Shown: in pieces, positions 9,001 to 17,403 of the stretch | Numbering within the stretch: the stretch's first letter is position 1 | Layout of the letters: every line of letters starts with the position of its first letter | Assembly (NCBI GenBank): GCA_034520945.1 | Contig: JAXHNB010000005.1 | Coordinates: 640,001-704,000 of the forward strand | From: Trueperaceae bacterium | Lineage (GTDB): Bacteria > Deinococcota > Deinococci > Deinococcales > Trueperaceae | DNA length: 64,000 nt | Direction of reading: 5' to 3' | Made by a program: the position numbers and the translations under genes | Notes under the pieces: model-generated | Told to the model about the DNA's origin: nothing | Database searches by the model: none | What the model saw: the letters and a program-made list of their open reading frames with translations, nothing else

Positions 9001-10509
9001 ATGCTCATCCGTACGGTGTTCTGTACCCGCCTCGGCGTGCGCGTCTGCGCCGCCGTCGCCGCCCTGGCCGTCGTCATCGGCACAGCCTCGGCGCAGACCC
9101 TTCGCGTCGGCATCGAGACCCCCGTCCAGTTGGACCCGGCCTTCGCGTCGGCCGATTCCGAGATCCTGGTCGTCTCCAACGTGTACGACTACCTGGTCGA
9201 GATCGACGCGTCCAACGACATTCAGCCCGGCCTGGCCGAATCGTGGACCGTGTCCGAGGACGGCACCACCTGGACCTTCACCCTACGAGAGGGCGTCACC
9301 TTCCACGACGGCAGCGACTTCACCGCCGAGGACGTGGTGTGGACGTTCGAACGGCTGGCCGACCCAGATGCCGACCTGCCCACCAGCGACCTGTACGCCG
9401 GCGTCACCTCCGTGGAGGCGACGGGCACGCACGAGGTCACCTTCACGCTGGAGGAGCCCAACCCCTTCTTCTTGTACGATCTGTCCGACAACCACGCCGT
9501 GATCACGCCGGCGGGGTCGAGCGACCTGGCCGAGACGTTCACCGGAACGGGTCCATTCGAAGTCACGTCGTACGCCGCTGAGGACCGCATGGTGCTGGCC
9601 GCCAACGAGGACTCCTTCGCCGGTGCGCCCGGCGTGGACGAGATCGAACTGATCTTCTTCTCCCAGCAGTCCGCCGCCGTCAACGCGCTGCGGGGCGGGC
9701 AGGTGGACGTGGTGATGCGCATGTCCACGCCGCTGTACCAGAGCCTGGAGGGCGCGCCCGGCGTGGAACGCGTCCGCGTGCCGACCAACGGCTTCGATCT
9801 GGTGCGGCTGCGCACCGATCGTGAGCCCGGCAGCGATCCCCGCGTGGTGCAGGCCCTGAAGCTGGCGGTCGACCGCGAAACGATCGTCGAGGTCGTCACC
9901 GACGGCCTGGGCGAGTTGGGCGCCGACAATCCCGTCGGCCCGCTGTACGAGGCGTACCACCTGCCCGAGCTGACGCCGCCCGCCCGCGACGTCGATCGTG
10001 CCCGTGAGCTGCTGGCCGAGGCCGGCTACGAGGACGGTTTGGAGCTGGTGCTGCACGTGCCCGACAGCGGCGACCGGCCCGACCTGGCGGTGGTGCTGAA
10101 GGAACAGCTCGACGAGGCCGGCTTCGACATCGAGGTCCGCCTGCAGCCCGAGAGCGTCTACTACGGCGACGGCGGCTGGCTGGAGGTCGACTTCGGCATC
10201 ACCGGCTGGGGCTCGCGGCCGGTGCCGCAGTTCTACTTCGACACCATGATCGCCTGCGACGCCCAATGGAACGAGGCGCACTACTGCAACGACGAGGTCG
10301 ACGCCTTGATCGAGACGGCCGGCACCACGCTGGACGAGGAGGAACGCACCGAAGCCTACGGCGAGCTGCAACGCATCCTGGCCGCCGAAGGGCCGTACGT
10401 GATCCCCTACTTCTTCCCGCAGTTCGGCGCCGTCCGCGAGGGCGTCCAGGGCTTCGACATGAAGGCGTTCCCGGGCCGCACCGACCTGGCCACCATCACC
10501 CTCGAGTGA
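9001..10509 (+). CDS. Peptide/nickel-type ABC substrate-binding protein
   Basis: GAGGAGG SD; signal peptide; PGLAESWTVSEDGTTWTFTLREGVTFHDGSDFTAEDV signature. Confidence 0.93.
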   Translation: MLIRTVFCTRLGVRVCAAVAALAVVIGTASAQTLRVGIETPVQLDPAFASADSEILVVSNVYDYLVEIDASNDIQPGLAESWTVSEDGTTWTFTLREGVTFHDGSDFTAEDVVWTFERLADPDADLPTSDLYAGVTSVEATGTHEVTFTLEEPNPFFLYDLSDNHAVITPAGSSDLAETFTGTGPFEVTSYAAEDRMVLAANEDSFAGAPGVDEIELIFFSQQSAAVNALRGGQVDVVMRMSTPLYQSLEGAPGVERVRVPTNGFDLVRLRTDREPGSDPRVVQALKLAVDRETIVEVVTDGLGELGADNPVGPLYEAYHLPELTPPARDVDRARELLAEAGYEDGLELVLHVPDSGDRPDLAVVLKEQLDEAGFDIEVRLQPESVYYGDGGWLEVDFGITGWGSRPVPQFYFDTMIACDAQWNEAHYCNDEVDALIETAGTTLDEEERTEAYGELQRILAAEGPYVIPYFFPQFGAVREGVQGFDMKAFPGRTDLATITLE

Positions 10510-11393
10510 CCCCCGGCGCGGGTACGCACGGCGTATCCGCATCCGCACGGCGCGCGCCCCTCGCGGGCGTCCGCGCCGTGCTGCGGGAGTTGTACGCCCG
10601 GCCCGCCAGCGCGACCGGCACCACGCTGGTCGCGCTGTTCGCCCTGATGGCGCTGGTCGGGCCCTACGTGGCGCCCTACGGCCCCACCGAGCAGATCCTC
10701 GCGGAGCGCTCACAGGCGCCGGGCCTCGAGCACTGGTTCGGCACCGACCGGCTGGGCCGCGACGTGTTCAGCCGAATCGTACGCGGCGCGCGCGACATCT
10801 TCGCCTTGGCCGGTGGCGGCACCGCCCTCGCCGTCCTGGCCGGCACGCTGAGTGGCCTGCTCACCAGCACGCTCGGCGGGTGGTGGGAGGAGATCACCTT
10901 CCGCGTCTACGACGCGCTGCTGGCCATCCCGGCGCTGCTGCTGGCGTTGCTGTTGCTGGGCACGCTGGGGCCGTCCCGCAACAGCGTGCTGCTGGTGATC
11001 GCGGTCGCCTACACCCCGATCGTGGCGCGCGTGGTGCGCAGCGTCGTGCTCAGCGTCAAGACGCGCGACTGGGTGGCCGCCGCCCGCATGCAGGGCGAGC
11101 CGTTGCCGTGGATCCTCAGCCGCGAGATCCTGCCCAGCGTCCTGCCCGCCCTGGCGGTCGAATCCGCGCTGCGCTTCAGCTACGCCATCTTTCTCGTCGC
11201 CTCGCTGGGGTTCCTCGGTGTCGGGGTCCAACCGCCCAACCCGGACTGGGGCCTCATGGTCAGCGAGGCCCGCGATTATGTCTACCTGACGCCGTGGTCG
11301 CTGGCGTTCCCTGCCGCCGCCATCAGTCTGCTGGTGGTCTCCGTCAACCTCGCCGCCGACGGGCTGGGCCGGGCGCTGAGGGCCGACACGTGA
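10506..11393 (+). CDS. ABC permease (DppC/OppC family)
   Basis: HWFGTDRLGRDVFSR, LGFLGVGVQPPNPDWG; GTGA coupling. Confidence 0.9.
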   Translation: MTPGAGTHGVSASARRAPLAGVRAVLRELYARPASATGTTLVALFALMALVGPYVAPYGPTEQILAERSQAPGLEHWFGTDRLGRDVFSRIVRGARDIFALAGGGTALAVLAGTLSGLLTSTLGGWWEEITFRVYDALLAIPALLLALLLLGTLGPSRNSVLLVIAVAYTPIVARVVRSVVLSVKTRDWVAAARMQGEPLPWILSREILPSVLPALAVESALRFSYAIFLVASLGFLGVGVQPPNPDWGLMVSEARDYVYLTPWSLAFPAAAISLLVVSVNLAADGLGRALRADT

Positions 11394-13447
11394 GTGCCGG
11401 CCTCGACGTCCGCGGCCTCACCGTGCGGTACGGAGACGCGCAGCACGGGGTCGAGGTGGTCCGCGACGTCGATTTGCGTGTCGCGCCGGGGCAGACGGTC
11501 GGCCTGGTCGGCGAGTCCGGCAGCGGCAAGAGCACCCTGGCCCTCGCGGTGCTGCGGGCGCTCCCGGGCAACGGCGCCCTCGCCGCCGGCACGATCACAC
11601 TGGGCGGGGACGACGTCCTGGCGATGGACGCGGACACGCTGCGGCGCTTCTGGGGCCGCCGCGTGGCGCTGGTGCCGCAGAACCCGCTGCCCTCCATGAA
11701 CCCGGCCCTCACCATCGGACGGCAGTTGGCCGAGGCGCTGGAGCCGGACGCGCCCCGCCACGCCGACCGCGACGCGATCAACGCCATGCTGGACCGGGTT
11801 GGCCTGCCCGACCCGCCGCGCGTGCGCGCCGCCTACCCCTTCGAGCTGTCCGGCGGGCAGCAGCAGCGCGTGATGATCGCCATGGCGCTGCTGACCCAGC
11901 CCGAGCTGCTGGTGATGGACGAGCCGACCACCAACCTGGACGTCACCACCGAGGCGGCCATCCTGAACCTGGTCCGAGACCTGGTACGCGACGTCGGCGC
12001 CGCCGTGCTGTACGTCAGCCACAGCCTCGGCGTCGTCGCGCAACTGTGCGACCGCGTCGACGTCCTCTACGCCGGTGAGCTGGTCGAGTCCGCCCCCGTG
12101 CGCGACCTGTACCGCGCGCCGCGGCACCCCTACACGTTGGGTCTGCTGGACGGCCTGCCGCGGCTGGGCCGCCGCAAGACCGACGCGCCGCTCCGGCCCA
12201 TTCCCGGCCGCATCCCCGCGCCTGAGGCGCTGCCGCCCGGCTGCGTGTTCGCGCCCCGCTGTCCCGCTGCCGAGGACGCCTGCCGCCAGGCGCGCCCCCC
12301 GCTGGAGGAGGCCGGCGAGGGACGCCGGGTCGCCTGCCGCCGGTGGCGGGAGATCGCGGACGGCGAGGCCTCCGCCCGCCAACGGCCGGGCGTCGATCCC
12401 GGCAGCCGCAAACCGTCCGGCGGCGTGGCGCTCCGCACCGAGGGCGCCGAGAAACGCTTCCCCTTGCGCCGCGGTCTGGCGGAGCGCCTGCGCGGCCGGC
12501 CCCGCAGGTCCGTGCACGCGCTGCAGGGCGTGGACGTCACCGTCCGCCGCGGTCGGACCCTCGGCCTGGTCGGCGAGTCCGGCAGCGGCAAGAGCACCCT
12601 GGCGCGGGCCGTGATCGGCCTCGGCCCCCTCAGCGAGGGGCGGATGGAGCTGCTGAACGTGCCGCTGGCGCGCCGCCTGGAACGCCGCGACGTCTCGGTG
12701 ATCCGCCAGTTGCAGATGGTGTTCCAGTCCAGCGACGAGGCGCTCAATCCGCACCGCACCGTCGGCTCGACCCTGCGGCGGCCGTTCATGCGGCTGGCCG
12801 GCCTGGCGCGCAGCGAGGCCGACCACCGCGTCGCGGCGCTGCTGGGTTCGGTGCAGCTGCCCGCCGAGTTCGCCGCCCGCACGCCGGACCAGCTGTCCGG
12901 CGGCGAGAAGCAACGCGTCGCGGTGGCGCGCGCGTTCGCGTCGGACCCGGAACTGATTTTGTTCGACGAGTCGATCTCGGGCCTGGACGTCAGCGTGCAG
13001 GCCGCGGTTCTGAACCTGCTGGCCGAACTGCAGGTCGACCGCCGCACCAGCTACCTGTTCATCAGCCACGACCTGGCGGTGGTGGCGCACCTGGCCGACG
13101 ACGTGACCGTCATGTACCTGGGGCAGGTGATGGAGTCCGGCACCACCGACGAGGTGCTGGCGCCGCCGTATCACCCCTACACCGAGGTGCTGCTGGCGTC
13201 GGTGCCGCGCGCCGACCCCGACGTGCCCAGCGACACGGTTCCCGTCCGCGGCGAGGTGCCCAGTCCGCTGGAGGCGCCCCGCGGCTGTCCGTTCGCGACG
13301 CGCTGCCCGCGCGTGCTGGGCGACGTGTGCTGGGAGGAACCGCCCCCCGAGCGGCACCCCAGCGAGGGGCACCGCATCCGCTGCCACATCCCCGTGGACG
13401 AGCTGCGCGCCGCGCAGGACGCGCAACTGAGCGAGGCCGACCGGTGA
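11390..13447 (+). CDS. Fused dual-ATPase ABC subunit (DppD+DppF)
   Basis: Two GESGSGKS Walker A motifs, two LSGG signatures, two Cys-rich HPY tails. Confidence 0.92.
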   Translation: MSAGLDVRGLTVRYGDAQHGVEVVRDVDLRVAPGQTVGLVGESGSGKSTLALAVLRALPGNGALAAGTITLGGDDVLAMDADTLRRFWGRRVALVPQNPLPSMNPALTIGRQLAEALEPDAPRHADRDAINAMLDRVGLPDPPRVRAAYPFELSGGQQQRVMIAMALLTQPELLVMDEPTTNLDVTTEAAILNLVRDLVRDVGAAVLYVSHSLGVVAQLCDRVDVLYAGELVESAPVRDLYRAPRHPYTLGLLDGLPRLGRRKTDAPLRPIPGRIPAPEALPPGCVFAPRCPAAEDACRQARPPLEEAGEGRRVACRRWREIADGEASARQRPGVDPGSRKPSGGVALRTEGAEKRFPLRRGLAERLRGRPRRSVHALQGVDVTVRRGRTLGLVGESGSGKSTLARAVIGLGPLSEGRMELLNVPLARRLERRDVSVIRQLQMVFQSSDEALNPHRTVGSTLRRPFMRLAGLARSEADHRVAALLGSVQLPAEFAARTPDQLSGGEKQRVAVARAFASDPELILFDESISGLDVSVQAAVLNLLAELQVDRRTSYLFISHDLAVVAHLADDVTVMYLGQVMESGTTDEVLAPPYHPYTEVLLASVPRADPDVPSDTVPVRGEVPSPLEAPRGCPFATRCPRVLGDVCWEEPPPERHPSEGHRIRCHIPVDELRAAQDAQLSEADR

Positions 13448-14388
13448 GCGGCTACCTGCTCAGGCGCCTGGCGTTCCTGGCGCTCACGGTGTTCCTCACC
13501 TCGCTGCTGGTGTTCGCGGTCACGCAGTGGCTCCCGGGCGACCCGGCGCGCATCATCCTGGGTCGCGAGGCGGGACCGGCCGCCTTGGCCGAGCTGCGCA
13601 CCGAGCTGGGGCTGGACCGGCCCGCGCCGGTGCAGTACGCCCGCTGGTTGGGGGCGTTCCTGACGGGCGATTGGGGCGACAGCTACGCCAGCGGGCAGGC
13701 GATCCGCCCCCTGGTGCTGGATCGACTGGGAAACAGCATGCGCCTGGCCGGCCTCACGCTGCTGCTGGCGGTCCCGCTGGCCCTGGTGTTGGGGGTGATC
13801 GCGGCGATCTACGCCGAACGGTGGCCGGACACCGTGATCAGTGTCGGCAGCCTGGCGGTGGTGGGGCTCCCCGAGTTCGTGACCGGCCTGGTGCTGATCC
13901 AGGTGTTCTCGTTCCGGCTGGGGTGGTTGCCGGCCAACGCCTCGGTGTCGCCCGGCGCCGGCCTCATCGAGGTGCTGCCGCAGCTGGTGCTGCCGGCGGT
14001 GACCGCCACGCTGGTGATGCTGGCGTACGTGGCCCGGCTGACGCGCGCCAGCGTCCTCGAGGAGCTGGCCCGCCCCTACGTGCGCACCGCCCGGTTGAAG
14101 GGCGTGCACCCCCGGCAGGTGATGCTGCGCCACGTGCTACGCAACGCCCTGCTCCCGGCCATCACCGTGATCGCGATCAGCTTCGGTTGGCTGATCAGCG
14201 GCCTGATCGTGGTCGAGAACGTGTTCAACTACCCGGGCTTGGGCCGGCTGCTCACCTTCGCCATCGACCGTCGCGACCTGCCGCTGATGCAGGCGATCAC
14301 GCTGGTGGCGGTGGTGGCGTTCGCGCTGGCCAACCTGGCCGCCGACCTGGCGTACGCCGCCCTGAACCCGCGCATCCGCCTGGCCTGA
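13444..14388 (+). CDS. ABC permease (DppB/OppB family)
   Basis: LPGDPA, YVRTARLKG, RHVLRNAL, RDLPLMQ, LNPRI. Confidence 0.92.
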   Translation: MSGYLLRRLAFLALTVFLTSLLVFAVTQWLPGDPARIILGREAGPAALAELRTELGLDRPAPVQYARWLGAFLTGDWGDSYASGQAIRPLVLDRLGNSMRLAGLTLLLAVPLALVLGVIAAIYAERWPDTVISVGSLAVVGLPEFVTGLVLIQVFSFRLGWLPANASVSPGAGLIEVLPQLVLPAVTATLVMLAYVARLTRASVLEELARPYVRTARLKGVHPRQVMLRHVLRNALLPAITVIAISFGWLISGLIVVENVFNYPGLGRLLTFAIDRRDLPLMQAITLVAVVAFALANLAADLAYAALNPRIRLA

Positions 14389-14410
14389 CCCGCCCGGCCG
14401 GCCGGCCGCG

Positions 14411-16657
14411 TCAGTGCGACAGGCCGAAGCGGTCCGCCAGCCGGGCCAGCGGCGCCGGCAACCACCAGTTCAGCCGGCCCGCCAGCGTCATCACCGCGGG
14501 CACCAACGCCAACCGCACCAAGGTCGCGTCCAGCAGGATCGCCACCGCCAGGCCGACGCCGAGCGTCTTGATCAGCACCACCTCGCTGAAGAAGAACACG
14601 CTGAACACCACCAGCATCACGGTCGCCGCGCTGGTGATCACCCCGCCGGTGGTCTCGAGGGCGCTGGCGACGGCCTCGTGGTCCGACAGACCGCGTTCGT
14701 GCGCCTCGAAGATCCGGGCCACCAGAAACACCTCGTAGTCCATCGACAGGCCGAACACGATCGCGAACACGAACAGCGGCACGTTGGAGTCCACGATGCC
14801 CAGGCCCCCGTCGAGGCCCAGCAGCGGCGCGCCGACCCCCATCTGGAACACCAGCGTGATCACCCCGTACGACGCCGCCACCGTCAGCGCGTTCAGCACG
14901 ATCGACTTGATCGGGATCAGCACCGAGCGGAACGCCAGGCCCAGCAGCACCAGCGTCGCCGCGAACACCAACCCCAGCGTCAACGGGAAGCTGCTGTACA
15001 GCACGCGGCTCCAGGCGGCCTCGAACGCGGCGCTGCCGCCGATCTGCACCTCCAGGCCGTGCGACGCCGCCAGGCGCCGCGCCTCGGCCGCCAACCCGGC
15101 GCTCTCGGCCGGCGGCAGGTCACCGATCGGCACGACCTGCAGCTGTACGTAGCGCCCGTCCTGGCCGACGGTGGCGTCCACCAGCTCGGCGACGTCGCTG
15201 CTGCGGGCCAGGTCCTCGTCGATGTAGTACTGGAACAAAAACAACCGCGGCACGCCGGGCGCCGAGAACGGCGAGATCACCGAGCGCACCGGCTCCAGCG
15301 CCTCCAGGTCGCGGGTCAGGCGCGACACGCGACGCGGGGCGGACGGCCCGAAGAACCCCTCCTCGCCCATGTCCACCAGGACCGTGGTGGCGGACAGGAA
15401 CCCCCCCAGCTCCGCGTCCTCCAACGCCGTGACGGCCGTGCGCGCCTCGGTGCCGCGCGCCATGCCGCGCGGGCCGGGGTCGGCCAGCTGCATCCAAAAC
15501 GCTGGCAGCGCCAGCAGCACCAGCGCCGCCGTGCCCAGGACCGTGAACGTCCACGGCCGCGCCATGATCACCTCCGCCCGCCGCCGCCAGAACACGCGGG
15601 TCCTCGTGCCGGGCGTCCGGCGCGTCACCTTGAGCCAATCCACCCGGTGCCCCATCAACGCCAGCAGCGCGGGCAAGGCCGTCCAAGACACCAGGACGCT
15701 GGCACTCATCACGATCATGGTGCCCACGCCGACGCTGCGGACGTAGGGCAGCGGCGCGAGCAGCAACGCCGACAACGCCACCACCACCGTCAGGCCGCTG
15801 AAGGCCACCGCCTTGCCGGCGGTGGCGCCCGTCTCCTCGGCCGCGTCACGTGGGGTGCGGCCCGCCCGAAGCTCCTCGCGATAGCGGTTCACCGTCAACA
15901 GCGCGTAGTCGATCCCCGTCGCCAGGCCCAGCATGGTGACGATGCTCTGCGTGAACACCGCGAACGGGAACACCTGCCCCACCAGGAACACCCCGGCCAG
16001 CGCCACCGTGATGGTGGTCGCCGCCACCAACAACGGCAGGACCGACGCGACCAGCGCCCCGAAGGCTACGATCAGCACCAGCAGGCTGATCGGAAGCCCG
16101 AACGCCTCGCCGCGGCGCGTGTCCCGTGCGCTCACCTCCCGCAACTCCAACGTGGTGGCGGGCCCGCCGGCCATCGCCACCTCGAGCTCGGGCCTCGCCG
16201 CGGCCGCCTTGCGGATGGTCGCGACCGCCTGCCGCGCGGCGGTCCGATCCGGGCCGCCGAACGCCAGTTGCCCCAGAAAGGTGCCCTCCGCCGCGCGGGT
16301 CGGCACCAGGTCGCGGATGTCGCGCAGCGACGACACGGCGGGGAGGTGTCGCACGTCGGCGAGGAACGCGTCGAGGCGTGCCCGGTAGGCGTCGCTCTCG
16401 TCCGCGGCGCGGACGACGAGCACCACCGATACCGAATCGCCCCCCGAGAACTGGTCCGCCACGCGGGTCGCCACGCTGACCGCTTCCGTGTCGGCGCTCA
16501 GCGACGGCTCGGCGGTCAGCACCTCCCCGACGCGGGCGGCCAGCGGCAGGCTGAGCCCCAAAATCAACGCCCACAGGGCCAGCACGTAGCGCGGACGCCG
16601 CGCGGGAATGCGGGCCGCGCGCCTGAAGAAGCCGGTCGGGGGTCGTCCTGGGTTCAT
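14411..16657 (-). CDS. MMPL family (RND) lipid transporter
   Basis: GLATGIDYALL and FGLSMDYEVF D-Y pairs; two TM/periplasmic repeats. Confidence 0.92.
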   Translation of the reverse strand: MNPGRPPTGFFRRAARIPARRPRYVLALWALILGLSLPLAARVGEVLTAEPSLSADTEAVSVATRVADQFSGGDSVSVVLVVRAADESDAYRARLDAFLADVRHLPAVSSLRDIRDLVPTRAAEGTFLGQLAFGGPDRTAARQAVATIRKAAAARPELEVAMAGGPATTLELREVSARDTRRGEAFGLPISLLVLIVAFGALVASVLPLLVAATTITVALAGVFLVGQVFPFAVFTQSIVTMLGLATGIDYALLTVNRYREELRAGRTPRDAAEETGATAGKAVAFSGLTVVVALSALLLAPLPYVRSVGVGTMIVMSASVLVSWTALPALLALMGHRVDWLKVTRRTPGTRTRVFWRRRAEVIMARPWTFTVLGTAALVLLALPAFWMQLADPGPRGMARGTEARTAVTALEDAELGGFLSATTVLVDMGEEGFFGPSAPRRVSRLTRDLEALEPVRSVISPFSAPGVPRLFLFQYYIDEDLARSSDVAELVDATVGQDGRYVQLQVVPIGDLPPAESAGLAAEARRLAASHGLEVQIGGSAAFEAAWSRVLYSSFPLTLGLVFAATLVLLGLAFRSVLIPIKSIVLNALTVAASYGVITLVFQMGVGAPLLGLDGGLGIVDSNVPLFVFAIVFGLSMDYEVFLVARIFEAHERGLSDHEAVASALETTGGVITSAATVMLVVFSVFFFSEVVLIKTLGVGLAVAILLDATLVRLALVPAVMTLAGRLNWWLPAPLARLADRFGLSH

Positions 16658-17403
16658 CACACGCCGGCGAAGCTGGCGATGCGTGCACGCGCGCCTTCCT
16701 CCCGCGCATCCACCTCGCCCGCGACACTGCCGTCGCGGAGGAACACGATCCGGTCCGCCACCAAGGCGGCGTTCGGGTCGTGCGTGACCATCACCACCGT
16801 CCAGCCCTGATCATCGACGCCGTGGCGCAACAGGTCCAGCACCTCGCCCCCGGTGGCGGTGTCCAGGTTCCCGGTCGGCTCGTCCGCCAGCAGCAGCAGC
16901 GGGTCGTTGATCAACGCCCGCGCCAGCGAGACGCGCTGCCGCTGACCGCCCGAGAGCTGCGCCGGCCGGTGCGAGAGGCGGTCCTCGATGCCCAAGCGCC
17001 GCGCCAGCTCCGGCAGGCGACGCGCCGCCTCGGCGCCGCGACCCGCCACCTCGGCGGGAAGCAGCACGTTCTCGCGCGCCGTCAGGTTCGGGATCAGCTC
17101 GAAGGTCTGGAACACGAACCCGATCCGCTGCCGGCGCAGCAGGGTGAGCTGGTCGTCGTCCATGCCGCCCACGTCGGCGCCGCCGATACGCACGGTGCCG
17201 GTGTCGGGCGGCTCCAGCAGGCCCACCAGGTACAGCAGCGTCGACTTGCCGCTGCCCGAGGGGCCCATCACCGCAATGAACTCGCCGGGCGCGACCCGAA
17301 GCGACACGTCGCGAAGGGCATGGATGCGCGCCTCGCCCATGCGGTACGACTTGGCCAGCTCGCGGGCGTCCAGGACGAGGTCGTCGGGGGTGGGGCGCGT
17401 CAT
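16657..17403 (-). CDS. ABC ATPase, LolD/MacB-like
   Basis: GPSGSGKS, IGFVFQ, LSGGQRQR, LADEPTGNLD, VTHD. Confidence 0.93.
   Translation of the reverse strand: MTRPTPDDLVLDARELAKSYRMGEARIHALRDVSLRVAPGEFIAVMGPSGSGKSTLLYLVGLLEPPDTGTVRIGGADVGGMDDDQLTLLRRQRIGFVFQTFELIPNLTARENVLLPAEVAGRGAEAARRLPELARRLGIEDRLSHRPAQLSGGQRQRVSLARALINDPLLLLADEPTGNLDTATGGEVLDLLRHGVDDQGWTVVMVTHDPNAALVADRIVFLRDGSVAGEVDAREEGARARIASFAGV

Noticed and set aside
11500..12605. Near-identical ~40-bp repeat (GGCCTGGTCGGCGAGTCCGGCAGCGGCAAGAGCACCCTGGC)
   Set aside because: Simply the two Walker A motifs of the fused ATPase.
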